This document shows, piece after piece, positions 1 through 14,801 of a stretch of DNA of 64,000 nt (its first letter is position 1; each line of letters opens with the position of its first letter). The DNA lies in contig CM082580.2 of assembly GCA_040954595.2 (NCBI GenBank), forward strand, positions 9,464,390 to 9,528,389, in the 5' to 3' direction. The translations under genes and the position numbers were made by a program. This stretch comes from Balanoglossus misakiensis. Its lineage: Eukaryota; Animalia; Hemichordata. The notes beneath the pieces were generated by a model. That model saw only the letters and a list, made by a program, of their open reading frames with translations, made no database searches and was not told where the DNA came from.

Positions 1-1751
1 AATACAACAGGGATTTCCCCAGATCAGTTACATGTGGTCAAGTCTTGATGACAAGTTCGAATGTTTTGGAGGAAATATCCAGAGTCACAATGGAAAAATA
101 CTGGAATATTGCAAAAAAAGGGTTTGAGATTTAAAAATACAACACATTCCAGAATTTTTCCAACCCTCTATATAACTGTCATTCAGACACATGAGATGAT
201 GTACTGTGCAGTAAGCCAGCTTTGATGGATGGGATTTACTGGGGACATTTTCTCTCTGCCAGAAATCAAGACATAATAGGATTCACAGCGAGATTCATAC
301 AACATTAAAACTTGTATGATAACTTCGTGAACTCTTAGTAACCCCATCATGCAAGAAAACTCGATTTGCGCAAGGCAGTCACATCCCAAGTCGGTGCTCC
401 ATCTTTTCTTTTCTTCATTCATCACAATAAACCCGGATGGCTTCTCCATCATTTGTCATTTAGAAATTCTCTTTTGGAGAGGGATAAAATCTCCGCTGTT
501 GCTCTCGTGTCAAGTTCCGGCAAGTGCTGGATGATGTTCCGTACACTAGCAAGATTGATGAACAAACCATCGTGCTGCCAGGGTCCTCCAAAATGACTTT
601 TTTTCACAAGATTAAATATATATCAAATTTGTATTCTGTGCAGGAACCGTTAAATACCACAGGTCTGCTCTTGATATTCTTGTAAGATTGATGGTTTTTG
701 CAATTTTTGTGAAGCTTCCATCATCTTTCTCATAAAATATTCATAGTTTATGCAAATTATACAGCAGAGTATTGATCCCACATCATTTGAGTGTGAAAAA
801 TTCTGGATTTTACAGCAAAGAACTTCATCTTTTCCTACAGAAGTTTTGCTCAGAAAAGAAGTTCATCTTTTCGGGTTCCTATAGAAGATTATCTCAAATA
901 CTAGCAAAATAGCGCCTGTTTCTTGAAAATGGGTCACATTTTATCACTTGACTAGAAGGAAACTGCAAAGCCTGTCTGTATGTTTGGGGAAGCCATTTCG
1001 AATTTGAAGGCTCGCTGGGGAACGAGGCAAAGTGTAACAAAACAAAATGATACTCTCACTCCAAATTAAACCCTGAACGATCAATGTTCCCCAACACCAC
1101 CCTGTAGGCTACAGTTAATGGCAACCACGAGCTATTCTGAGCCAATAATCTCCTTGCAGCAGTGAGCAGTTCATTAAATTCAGTCGGCAAACATTAGACA
1201 TGTCATTACTGACAATTTAGAACAGGTAAACTGCCATTACAAGCTGGATCACAACTCCCCCTGGGAATTAGCTCAGCCTTAAATAATTGACACTGCTGAC
1301 AAAAGCATTCATCTTGGATTGCACTTTCAGCATTAGCTTTCCTAACTCTTTATAATTTCTGAAAGTCAAGATGCAACCGACTTTTTAAAAATGTAACACT
1401 CAGAACACATTTCATGCCTTCTGACCGTATCACCTTTTAAATTTTTAAGCATAACACAGTATCATATCCCAATGGTCAAGATGATCTACTTTCCAATTTT
1501 GTATCGTGCGTATCCCATAATGCATTTGTACATATACTGGAGAGCTATTCTCCTGAGGCTATATACTCAATGGTAAATATACTAATGGCAATAAACTGTT
1601 TCTCACATGAGGAATCAGTTTCTATTTGTGTCTCATGGGTGTGTTCACACATGATGGTCATCAAAATGTCAGTTCGCAGGATGACAGAGGGATAAATGGG
1701 GGATTCCATGCCTGCATATAGGACAGTTTCCTGTTTAGTGTTTTGTTTGAG

Positions 1752-1777
1752 CCCCCCCCCCCCCCCCCCCCCCCCCC
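1752..1777. repeat. Poly-C tract (26 C)
   Basis: Direct reading. Shorter runs at 46305-46317 (C) and about 55658-55671 (G). Confidence 0.97.
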
Positions 1778-4700
1778 TTAGAGCAGACAGAACCTCTCAA
1801 CCCATAAATTACTGAGGACACTACAGAGGCAAAGTTTTTGACCCTAACCTGCGGTGACCTCACGCTATCACAATAAGATCTTTGTTGAATTATACCTATG
1901 CCACAAGGTTGTCTCTTCATGTACAATAGTCGAGATACCGGATTTCCATATCTGTTTGTATTCACTGTGTATTCACCCCATTGTCAACCTCGATCACTAC
2001 TGGCACTGTGCGTGCTCAAAGCTGCAAAATACACAACATAATTACCCCCACAGCAGTATTTGAAAACTTTTCTGAGGTAGTCAACCGCAGGCTGAAGTGG
2101 CCTGGAGGCTTTAACTGTTCTCAGATGAGCTGGGCTGACCCCACGAGATGACAACAGGCCATCCGCATACTGTATGTTTTTTTATGTGGTCTGTGTTTTG
2201 TATTCTCCTGGTCACACCAGTGCCCTTCTTCTGTCAACATCAGAGTTTTTAGATCCACAGATTACCCCTTGTGGAATATTTGGGGAAGGAGGGACTGTAC
2301 TGTAACATGAACTCCCATGTTCGCCAAAACGTGAACTTGATACATAAACTGACAAGGTCATCATCATAGCCACTGCTAATATTACAAAAGTAACATACCA
2401 GTAGACCACGGGGCAAATAACGAAAGAACCATCATGCACCATTCCAAAACTCCTTTCTGATATTAATATTCAAATGCAATCACATAATTTACATATCAAA
2501 GGAAAGCGAGATGGATCTTCAGTATCTCTGCCATCTCAATGGGTGACCCACAAATGTCACAATTTATCTGATGACTTTCAAAAGGGAACAGCAACCTTGA
2601 CCTTGTCTAGATACATCTATATAAGACATTGATGACGAATTTGCCTTGGGCTACAAAAGACATGCATTCATGTAATAGGGGCAAACCACAGATCTGATTA
2701 CTCCCAAATAAGTGCATCCACATTAAACATGTATCCTTTGATAACAGCTTTGCTTGCACTGTCAATTACATATATTCTAATCGTTCAAAAACTACAATTA
2801 CTTCTCCGAAGTTCAGCAATTTCCAACCACTTCCATATTTTGGGCATATCATTACTTTCCTGTTTTCATCAATTGTCAATGCTGTCTCTATCATCCTTCT
2901 GAATTCCATACAATTACTTGCTGCATGCGTTTGAAAAGAGATGTCGCAAAGAGTACTTCAAAAAAGTGTGACTATATCTTTAAAGGGCCACCCATTAACT
3001 GACTTTATGCATTGGGAACAACCTAGAATGCTTGTATCCATGGCGATGAGTGGAAGACCTACATCTTTTTAGCTTAACCATGTAACACCTGGATATAGTA
3101 AAGGCTTTACTGCATTGAGGACAGCGAATTTAATTTTCCTTCAAATTGATCTCAGCTAGCCTTCATGCCCAATGTCACATTCTATTGATTATTTTAAGTA
3201 GATTCCAGTGCCTGTGCTGTTTTAATGCATCGCTTGAATTTTTACATCATAAACGATATACACGTTCCCTACACTGATTCATATTCCTGTTGTATGCTTA
3301 GAAATCCCAAATTGCGTTATGATAAATTCTCACCATAAAACATACCCCATTACCTTGGTGTAATTTCTAGCCCACAGTGTGACGTCTTGCACCTTTGACC
3401 TTGCTAATAATACGACCCACAGAACGCTCTGCATGCACCGACTGTGTTGTCGCAGCACAAAATATTTGACACAACGCAATTTACATGTACTAACCGACTC
3501 CGTAAGCTGCCACTGCCCACAAAATTGAAAAGCCTAATTGGATTTCTGTACTGAAAGGTCAGTTGCGTGTTTTTTCGGTCAAAATGCTCACGGTATCAAG
3601 GGAAATGCCTATTTGCAATGCAACGGGTGCAAGCTCAACTTGACATTTGGCAGTGCATGTATCGGCAGTACTTTCAGCTTTTCGTATGTAAATCCACATT
3701 GTCAGCAATTTAACCATGCATAGAGGCATTTAGAGATAGAACACTCAGATCTGGCATGATTACTTCCAGGCAGCTGTAAGGAAAATCTAATTTGCATCCC
3801 AACCAAGTTGTGGAAATCTTCCGGGAATTCAATACACGAGTGGAAAATGATACAACTGCAGAGACTTTGACGCCATTAATATTGTATCATTTTTTTCCCA
3901 GAGTGGATTACGAGCCTAAATTGTCTCATATAAATTTTGCAGAACGTGTTCGTAAATTTGAATGTTGTTTTAAGGAGAAAGGGGTACAAGGGTTTATGCA
4001 TTCATGTCATTTCATAATTGTTACATAAAATGTACTGAAGGTTCCTTAGTAAAATATCCCCACAGGAAGAGATTTTTATTTTATAGTGCAAACATTGCTC
4101 AAGGCAATTATAATATGGATGATTCTGGCTGGTTCCCGTTTATTAAAAAAGCCACTGATTTTTCATTAGAATTCATGGCAACTGTACTATGTGGTAGAAA
4201 TAGCTGGTGCATTGTACACTGGATGGCCACACTGCACTAGAGCGACTGGCACCCACTGCCATAAATTTTAACCTGAGTAGGCAGGGTCCACAAATAACAC
4301 CTTGGAGTGGAAAATATTGTCTCCGATGCTCCAACACGACTATTTGTCGAACCTGTCTGCGTTTTCTTTGTGGATAACCCCAAGACCCCCAACTTCCCAC
4401 TCACACACACATCATCTCACACAAGCTTGTTTTACTCTTATAGTAACACATGGTTAGTAGTATGCAAGTAGTCAGGTTCTTTCATTGAAAGCATGTCGTT
4501 GATTGGCCAAAAGTTCACTGGCCATTACTGCTTATTTGCATAGCAATGCAAATTTGCATATTTAAAAAAAACCCAGACTTGCTGAAACTTGACATTTGAT
4601 TTAATTTAATCCTGCCCTAGCAACAGAATCGCGAAGCTGTGGATACATGAAGCCACCACACAACATCAAGCGTGGGCTTCACCACAATTGATTAATGCTT

Positions 4701-7700
4701 CCAATCGTAACTGAAGGAGGCGATTCTTTCTTCCGTGTATGTTGACAAAACTCTAGAAAAATAAATCCGCAGAAAGCGACTGATTGCTTTAGTTCACTGA
4801 AGTTAAACAGATCAACAAATCCTGGCATGCCACACATACATTACCCATTTAATTGGAACATTACTTTCCTTGTAATGGAATTAGTTGCACAGATTTGCCA
4901 ACTTGGTGGGAGGGGGAGGACAAACAATTAAAGTTTTACAGAATTACTCCTGCTTAAAATGTGCAGCTTTTGTGCATCAAACATTTGGAGGTATCGGTAC
5001 GCCATTTCTGAAATTCTGCTGACATGATCTCCCATTCACTGCTTTTATACACATGGAGAGTGTATTTGTTCAAATTGGCTTGGTGAATTCAGTCATGGAA
5101 TTTGTCAAATTGGGTTGCAATCATTGTCTGAATTGAACTGATAGGTTCGACCTCAGCAATGCATGTGAAGAGCTTCTCAATAAGAGAACTTAATGAGCAA
5201 AGCAGGAAAAAAACATGAAAGACAGTCTGTGAAATTTAACCTCTACAGAGGCAACTGGGGGTGAAAGGGTTAAATGTCCCTGTCGCATCATCACCACTGA
5301 CAGTGCCACGCAATGAATGTGATGGTGTTGTCCTCATTGGTTGGCTGGCCTTTGACCTGTCCACGAAGAGGTCATTCGGGGACCTGCATTGTGAGCTGAG
5401 AGGTATGGGACAGAGAGAGACACCATAAATCATTCACTGCAGGTCATTAGCACCTCCAACAACCCAAACAAACACATCCCCTGCAATGCCAGACAGTTAA
5501 CACTCAGCTGTCAGTCTCGATGGGATCAAAGTATCAAACACCAAAACCACAGTCCCGGTTGATTGGGAGAAAAAAAAACGGTTTGAGGATTACGTGGTGC
5601 TGGCCTATATCCACATATAGTTCTCGTAGCACCGATTTCCCCAGCCCTGTCATAAAATTTGAGCGTACATTTTCCACATTCTCCACACATAGTTTCAAGG
5701 CACGAACCCTTGGCTCAAACTCCCTAATCAGCTGTCAGGCAGCATGGTCGTACACCCGCACTGGGACAGGCAGATGTGTGATCGTAACTTAGCATTAAAT
5801 TATCGAAATAAAGTTGACACAGGTGGACTCAACAGATTGAAGTCACGGAAACACTAATAATCGTAACATGCTGTAATATCGTTCGGTGATATCACTCTGT
5901 GCAGAATGACAGATGCACGTGAAACTAGGTTGGAGTACAGGACATATTTACCTTTGCAAGAACCGGCATATTCTTGCCAGGTTTCAATGAATGGATTCCC
6001 AGGCATTCTGATTTGTTTGAGGTAGTTACAGGAAGTCTGGTTAGGGTATAAGCTAGAATTGTACTTTGCCATTCTAAACTATCTTAGTATGTTGGATGAC
6101 TAGACAGACTCTAACACAAATGCCTGGTTGCATATTGTCCTAACCCCCTATTGGGTAATGTAAGACGAATGGTTGCACCATCCAGGCACACACCTTTAAT
6201 GACTACAAAATGGATTCTTAATGTGTGAACAATCCATTAAAAAGACCCATCTTTCATCCAGAAATATTACAAGCTCGTGGTGAGAGCCTAATGATTCATA
6301 CTTGTTAACACTTTCAGCTAAAACCTGCGTGTTCGGAATGATAATTTAAACTACCTACACAGTAATTTAGATGAAATAATTCCATTCATCAAATTATACA
6401 ACTGCCATTTGAATGCACAGTTGTGACCATAACCTTCATAGTTGGTGCATTGTTCAGCATATTTTGATTTACTTTGTTTTTCAGGAGTATAGTTTAAATC
6501 CAGCCATCTATTTGAATTATCATCACAGTATTTGTGAGTGATTTGATTAGCTACAAAGGTCGCAGATATGTACACTGTAGTTTCTGATTTCTCTACAAGT
6601 TGGGTTCATGTAAGTAAACATGTCAACATTGATTACAGCTAAATCATACGGAACTGTTCATTTTTCATCTTTGCCTCTTCTCAGTTAGTGCAACATTATA
6701 GAGAACTAGTACTCTGTAAAAATATCTATACACTGAAATAGGCATATACTTTCTCTCCTGAAGTTTTTAAACTCTCTCTACAAAGAAATATAGGAAGGTG
6801 TTCAAAGTCATGCTATTTTGTGTTTGAATACACACATGAACTCAAAATACGACCATTTCTATTTTCAGGGACTGTGGGGGAGGGAGGGCAGAGTTTACTA
6901 GTAAAATTACCAAGAACAGCAGGTCATCCTCTATCACTCAACATGCATGCTGGGTAGCCGGCTGATACATTACAGGAATCCCATTACCAGTGAAGAATCT
7001 TGTCCTCAAAAGATACCAGCAGAGAAGATTGGAAATTGGAGACACCCACCTGTGGTGTATGTGTGTGTGAGTGTGATTCCATCTGACCCGCTGCTGGTCA
7101 GCTGGGCCTGTCATCACTACTGGAGACCTGCACGCTTTAACTGTGTTTGGGTCATTAAATGATGTCCGTCCTTGCTTAACCTTTAGCACCTTCGTTTTGG
7201 ACAGAATGCATTAATACAGGGAAATAAACACATACTGAGGACAAACTATACCCGTTTATATTAGGCACTAGAGATTTGCCCATTGAGAAATGCTGGACTG
7301 GACATACAGAAAACTTGGTGATAAGTTTTTATGCGTGTTTGTCACTACAATGAGACATTCATAAAAGCAGTAAACAGAACAATCAGCAGTGGTCAACTTT
7401 ATGGGAGTCGTGTGAGCTTGATGTATAGCCTACAGAAATGAAATTGAGACATTTTTATGACCGATGTGACAAAACTTGAACAAAGACGTAGAGGCTGGCC
7501 AAGGTAGGACATTATCAGGTTTGGTTGTCAGCCACAACGGAGGCATTTTCTTGATCAGACCTTGTAGAGCAGCCTTGAACTGCTTTTATAAATACAAGCT
7601 TCTCACACTCTAACCATGAGTGCATTTTGTCCAACCAGAATGCGTTTAGCAACACTCAATGAAATTTCATCATGTGCCCTCGTCCAACGTAATTCAAGGT

Positions 7701-8890
7701 GAAAAGAAATCATTAGGAACAGTGTGTCGGCCATTCTCAAGACATTCACAGGATAAATTGGGTAACGGAAAAGTGGATTATAAGTTTGAAAGGCTGCTAC
7801 ATGAGGTTGCTAGCCTAGATATCCACAATAAAAATGCCAGTGTGTATGTACAAACATGTAATTTACAACCTTGTTGGGAACCTGAAAAACAAAAATTACT
7901 CGTATAATTTACAGGGCCATCAGTGGTGTATAAATTCATATTTATGTTGACTTTTGGATCACGAGTGAGAATCATGAGCAGGCTATGTGTCAGTTGTATA
8001 TTTAGAATGAGTTGGTTGGGTTGGGTTGGCCAGACTCGAGGGCTAGGATCACTCAACTGAACTCTTCATTGTTTATCAGTAATATGCATGAGAGTCAATC
8101 CCTATTGCAGATAAAGATCATCACTCTTTGAAATCAATTTCATCTCTCTCACAGCATTCTGCCGGCATTATGACTCAGTGTCAGAAATGCAATTACCATG
8201 TTAATGCAAGACCAACATAAAAACTCCCAATAAAAATGTTTGTTTATCATCAGCAGTTACAGTTCAAATATTTATGAAACAGAATTGTTATTAATAATTC
8301 TATTTCATTGCTGTTCTCTGCATAGATGTAGATATCGCAGTGGAAAATTTTAATATGCCCTAACTAAACTGGATTATACTGAACGAATATATCACCGATT
8401 CTTGAATACGGTTACATTTTTTTCCCTTTGGCAAAAAGTAAGCTGATCGTTTCTCAAGAGTGCGATAAGGCATTGATGTCCTCATCAAATATACGGCCAG
8501 TCTTCATTTTTTCATTTCAGGATATCTTCAAAAGCTGACATGATGGCCTTTCAATTACCCTCTGCCAGTCACAGCAGGACCCGCTGCGTTTCCGACACCG
8601 CTCTGATTTGTAACGCTGTCATATTTTTTGCTACACTGATGGAATGTTTTTAATTCTGGCGTTTAACCAAAGATGGGGTTGCGACCTCTATTACTTTTCA
8701 GAAATTGAAACCAGCCTCAAATGACAACGAGTCTGTCTCGATATTGCTGATCATTACTGTTTCACCTTGTCGTGCTGGGCCGAGGCATTCCTAGATTCCT
8801 AAACACACAGATTAGGTGGACCATAGGGGATGCTTAACTAAAGGGTTCAAACATGGCATACATTTATCTCTCCATGGTGCATGTTTTCAA

Positions 8891-8955
<65 letters not shown>

Positions 8956-8970
8956 ACAACAACAACATCA
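8891..8970. repeat. (CAT)21 microsatellite followed by a short (CAA)n
   Basis: Direct reading. Confidence 0.98.
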
Positions 8971-11900
8971 ACCACAGAGAAGCAGTAGAAATATAAAGAA
9001 AAGGGCAAACAATACAAATGTACAAAATCTGTGGTGGCTGGCTGCACTAAGTCCATGGTTCAAGACAATTGTGTTTTTTCAATGTAAAGTTTACTCTTTA
9101 TCCTAATTTGAGTGCCGGATAATGGGCACTGACCACCTACAAGAGTGTTTAAGAGTGTTACTGGTAATCTACTTTGGATCCCAACCACCCCTTGAGCCAA
9201 CGACAATTTTCATTTACTAACAAAAATGAAACAAGTCACTGATTACCCAACAAAACGTGAAAAGTATCTTTTCTCTTTGTACGGATCATTTCATGAGAAT
9301 TCATCTTGGATTCGACGTTATTTTAAACAGCGAAGCCCTCCAAGGCTGTACCTGTCCAGTGCACTGTGAGAAGTCTCAGCCATGCACGGCTGGCAACCTT
9401 GAATGTTTTGTACTGGAGATTAGGAAGGCGCATTGACAGCATTAGTAGTGGCATACAAACAACTCCCTACTGATAATCCAACATGAATGGAACAAAAGCC
9501 AGAGAGAGCAACTCAAAACTGCACCACTGGGGCGAGCTAGTGACACCATTAGCATTACACCGTACTGTCTCAATCTGTTCGACGGACAAACGCTTTTTGG
9601 CACGCTGAAAGTCTTTCCATGTTCACTTCAAGAACTCTTCGCTGGGGTTTGTTTCACAGGTAGACGTGAAAATTACTTTAATCCGAGTATAGAGTCCGAG
9701 AATAAATACACGGCACTTGTATACACCAAGCACTCAACTGATGCAGGGAGAAATTGCCAACACAGACTGGTCGGTTGTTTTAGGTTGGAGTGGACAATGG
9801 TGTTGTTTTGAAACTCTATTCCAATGGACAGGAAATACTTACCACAGGACAATCCAAAGAACTTCCTTTCAGACCCAGGTGACACACACACAACAACAAT
9901 CAGGAAGTCGGATTTTGTCACAGTTAAAGCTGGTACGTCAATCGAAGGCTTCAGACTCGCGACTGGCTAAAAAACAGAGAGTTCAGCAGATCCAGACTCT
10001 TATTCTTAAAACGACCGGTACTTGATTTCATTTACAGCCTTCACACCGCCTCCAAGACGCGTTTTCAGACACATAAAAGCGACAGTCAGAGACTCCACAC
10101 TGTTGTAAAACCCTCCCGTTCCGACTGTGCGTGTGCGGTACGCTCACCTTAATGTGAACTTGATGAGGATTGATGTTGCTTGGCAAGGCCAAAGGTTATT
10201 ACGATCAGACGGAACCATTCGGAAGATAGGGACCTACGTACGCTATCTCAAGTGGATACAAGGCACCCGAGCCATTACCTTTAAAGTTAGATACCCTCTC
10301 CACTCCTGTAATAGTTGTACTTATTGGTACATATCTTTCCCATTTTTATGTGCGATCATCTGGCCATCTCAAACAGAAAACGACGAGAATTCTATCGTTT
10401 TAATAAAACTTTGATATTGACAATTGTGGAGACGGCGAATCGGATTTCTCACACGGTCTGATGACTCAGACGGAGAGACGTTTTGCAGCATACATTTTGC
10501 AAAGTCTGTAAATCATATATGTAATCAGCCTTATTTTCTTTTTCCTAGTGACAAGGAGATTTCCATTGCTGCAGACACATTTCCAGGTTTTCTGTTTGCC
10601 AGAGTCTGGACAAAATCAATACCGCCTTCCACAGATTATTACAGTTTGGCACCATCTAGATGCCTCTGAAGCACTATCCAATTTCTGTTGTCGCGCAGTA
10701 GACGCACTAAGGAGCGAGGAAACATGTAAAGTCTACCACTTCACGGCACCTAATGCTTGTTTCGACTCCCATCGGTGACAAATTAACTGCATGGCCAGGT
10801 GCCTGGTTCATTTGTATGCGATAGACTAGCTTTTAACAGGTGGCAAATTTATGGCGTGTATTAAATGCACTTGAAATGGTACAGACCTGACTGTGTGCTT
10901 TCTCGATTTGTGACTAAAACACAAGATGACACAATTTATTCCCAGCTACTGAAATCTTATTTCAACCTGATAAGGCTACGAAGATTTATGTCATAGTTTC
11001 CTTAGAAAATGGACTGGGTTTAGGAATTATGGGTACCTCATTTGTCTGGAGATTGGAATGAAATCAGTCACATACTATGGGCTACAAGTAAATTTGCTCA
11101 TTTTTCAACCCAGTAAATGATGATCAAACATGCTGCACTCCATCAAATTGAAGATATCCATTCTTCAAGATTTGCATGCAGCTAGCAATCCAGCCATAAA
11201 TTTAACACTGCAACAGCTGTGAACTGTATCAAAGCCAGTACCGGCCTCCGATGATATCAGCATTCATACTCATGAATTCGCAGGGATGGTTATTCCAAAT
11301 CAACTGTAATCCACCATGATTTCATTCACTTACTACCAAGCGAAGCTGAAATCCTAAGGCACTGGAAGTTGAATATCAATCTATATTGTGGGCCCGATAA
11401 TTCTTACGGTGAAGACTCGACTGGCTAATGCGCTGTGGCGTGGGTATAACATTTAAGGATTACGAGCCTAATGGCCAATGAGAACATGGAGCTAAGATAG
11501 ATGATCTCTGCTTTTTTGTGACAACTGTGTGGGTTTTGTCCGGAATTTCAACAACCAGGAGCTCAAGAAATGAAGCGGAGGTTGGGAAAGATTATCAGTT
11601 CTCCATAGACTCTTTCCAGTTGAGTTCAGCTTGGAGAGGTCTCACTGCAATTTTCTTAAATCGACATGCTGAATGATGATACTTGATATTCTTTTGATGT
11701 GAGGATGGAAACACAGTACTCTGTATATGAACACTAGCCAAGAAGTCCAAGGTATGTACTCCTGTTCAAAACTCTCACAGCACAGACCAAAAATGTGAAA
11801 TTCAAAGACTCGGGGAACTACATATACAGTGGCCATGATCATACACAAACACAAGGATCTGCTGTCAGTACATTGCCAGGTGATAACAATCAGTTGTAGC

Positions 11901-14404
11901 AGGTCTGACAAGGTATGTCCAAACACTTCAAAACTCCGAGCCCCTCTAGAATAAGAGTCTGGGGGGAGCAACGACCAGAACAAAGCTTTTATCACACACC
12001 GTTGTGTTACTCTACGCCACTAAAATAGAACAAACACCCTTAAAAGGGATCTTGGGAAACAATACGACTGACCCCCCAGATCAAAGATGATGCATTTCTC
12101 GCAAGAATGCCAAAAATGTGGGCCAAATAATGACAGCAACAGAAACAAGCCTAAACATCCAATGTGGAAGACTTGACATTCTTTCTTCTTTCATTAAGAG
12201 TATGAGACGCATGTACAAATCAACTTGACCATTACACTGTACATTATCAATCAACCTGTTAAATGTTTTGGATTTTTTCTCTCTTCACAGTAACAGAAAG
12301 AGAAACAACTGGTGAACATCTCTGCCAACACTGTTGAAAATTCCAGTTTCCTATTGAATTCATTAAACCAACAGAGCTCATGTAAAAATTGCACACGACT
12401 ATGATAAAAAATACTTTTGATTCCTAGAAAACACAGCACTCCATTTATCAAATATTTCAGCCCAGCCAGTCATTAAAGCCGGGAGACTTTACTGACTCAC
12501 ACACCATGTAATTCTGTCTTCCGATAGGAAAAGATCCAGTCTGTATGAATCAGCGCTGCACATCCATCATTGCATAAATGATGCCCTCCATATATTTACA
12601 AGATTAGTCATAAATGAGAGAGGCTATACAATTATATAACCACCAGCCACAAATCATACATTTTACGACAAAAATGACAGATTTACCACCACCTAGGGAG
12701 CCGGGACTCATTAGTGATTTGTCAGCTCTGTGACTTTTTCCATCAGACACCATCAATATCGGGGAAATCATTTTCAGGGCACAGGCCATAAATCATCAAA
12801 TATGGAGTAGTAAAATCTGACAGTGAAACAAGTGTGTCTTTCACACGATGGCATGTACTAGTATTTTAGCACAGCGTTTACTATTATAAGCTTTTATCTG
12901 TTACAGTTGTAAAATGACTTGGATACACTAAGGATAGCACGACTGTTTAATATCCTTCATAAGGTCCTCCCTTCATGACATAAATGTGAAATGCAATGTG
13001 TTATTATCATAATAAAAGTTATATGCATTGCATTGAAAATATTGTGGCAAACTTTCTGACTTCCGGGGCTCATTATAATGAAAACTGGACAAATATTTAG
13101 ACCGAAAACTTTCTGTTATTTAAATACATGTAATCATGGCAGTGATAAGTTACAAGCAGCTATATCATGGGTTGTTTTCCCTATCATTCCAATATTTTCA
13201 TGGTCAGCACTTTGCTTGCTCATGGCCAGCACTTTGCTTGCTGCAGTTTTGCTTGGCCGTCATCTAATTTCTATATCAATGCCTTACTCAACTTTGAATT
13301 GCTGCCCATCCTCCTTAAAGAAATACATAGTTCATCTCAGGTGAATTCCTAATCAAGTCAGATTCAAACATCCTCCTTTAAAAGTGCTCTATGACTCTCC
13401 AGTGTGGTATTAACTCTAAACGCATTCAGCTTTGGACTGTGAACCACTAGCCTACATCACGTTGGATGCATTTAGTCCTCAGGATCATCAAGTTCCTTGT
13501 CTACATGTTTATTACCCCTGCGGTCTAATCAAAATCAGCAGCCACCCCCTTAATGAACCCACCCAAGATTGACTCCAGTCTATAATTTGCCGTGGCGATA
13601 TCAATCGCGGAAAAAAAAAACCTTCCCGCGCCAAGGGACAGTTGTTGCTATTGCAGTCTTTCGAGATCAGCAATTCCAATCAGGCCGCTCGGCATAATTG
13701 AGGGCTTCGGAAGTCAGATGCTAACATCACCTCTTTAATAGACCCCATTTGCTTCTCGCTGAAGCAGCATATATTGGCAAAGGTCCGTTAACTTCTCCTG
13801 CTGGCACGGACAAAAAATTTGCAACTCCTATGAATAAATTATCCACGGTGGATGTACACTGATAGTCCACTATTCCCGTTCCTTGAGAAATTCTGATTGT
13901 GTTACGGGGGTTAGATTACTGAAAGTTAATCCAAGACAAATAAAAGGATTTTTTTTGCATGAAATTTCATGGTAGGATGATGACGTCCGGAGTAAGGATG
14001 ATTTTGTTGAATTAAATGCCTGAAGCAGTTTTACTCATGGTGTTCAATTTCAAGTTTAAGTCATACAAACAATCTTGATGGACAATATAAGCATAAAACC
14101 ACCTCTTAAATGAAAAAGTAGAAATGAAACATGAACTGTGGACTTAATTTCCGGAATAATTACAGAAACCAGTGATTTACATACTACACATAACAATCAC
14201 CATTCGAGGCTGTCATAGTGAAAACAAACAACACAATCCAAAAACTACCAAGTACCCTTTTCACCAATGAAGCGTTTTATGATTTGATGTACTTTTGAAC
14301 TGAGGACAAAGAGGTGAATACATGTGAAGTCTATATGCAAACCTTTGGTTTGACCTGTTGAGGTCAAGATAATAATCAACTTTCTGCAAAGGTTTCAGCA
14401 GAAC

Positions 14405-14430
14405 CATAGACCCTTTCTCTAGGGTCTATG
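14405..14430. mobile_element. 26-bp palindromic P-element-like remnant with 7-bp TSD
   Basis: GCAGAAC [CATAGACCCT TTCTCT AGGGTCTATG] GCAGAAC. Confidence 0.7.
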
Positions 14431-14616
14431 GCAGAACACTGTACCCTAGTAATGAGTTAAGACCTATCTTCTGTGTAACACCATAAAAATTGCCAAAATA
14501 TACATGTACATAGCACCCAAAGTTGGGGAAGTTGTTTGCCTTAGATAATAATTGCAAGTTTTTTCCAAATGGTTATTGGTTCTGTTGACAATTTCTTTCA
14601 AAGCGATTACATATTA

Positions 14617-14801
14617 CAGTGAAACCTGTCTAAAGCAGAACCTGAGTAAACCGGAAATCTGTTCCTACTATACAAATGTATGCCTTTCTCAATCCTCATC
14701 ACATGGGACACATGATACAAAAACATTTCAACTAGACACCCATCTGTAAACTGAACAGATTTCTCAGTCCCATTGCTGTCCTGTTTAGACAGGTTTTACT
14801 G
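14617..14801. mobile_element. Tc1/mariner (pogo/Tigger-like) MITE
   Basis: TA-CAGTGAAACCTGTCTAAA ... TTTAGACAGGTTTTACTG terminal inverted repeats (17/18 match), 185 bp. Confidence 0.75.

Noticed and set aside
183-940. Possible decayed transposase or MITE remnant
   Set aside because: Hand translation gave no recognisable motif; only short local duplications.
1841-1850. ACCCTAACC telomerase-template-like motif
   Set aside because: Too short, with no supporting pseudoknot or H/ACA structure seen.
2253-4320. Shared QGVICG peptide in two minus-strand ORFs (similar 30-mers at about 2253 and 4287)
   Set aside because: Short gapped similarity only; the rest of the ORFs is unrelated.
8816-9106. Poly-His ORF (and poly-Asp antisense ORF)
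   Set aside because: Product of the (CAT)n microsatellite; flanks are not protein-like.
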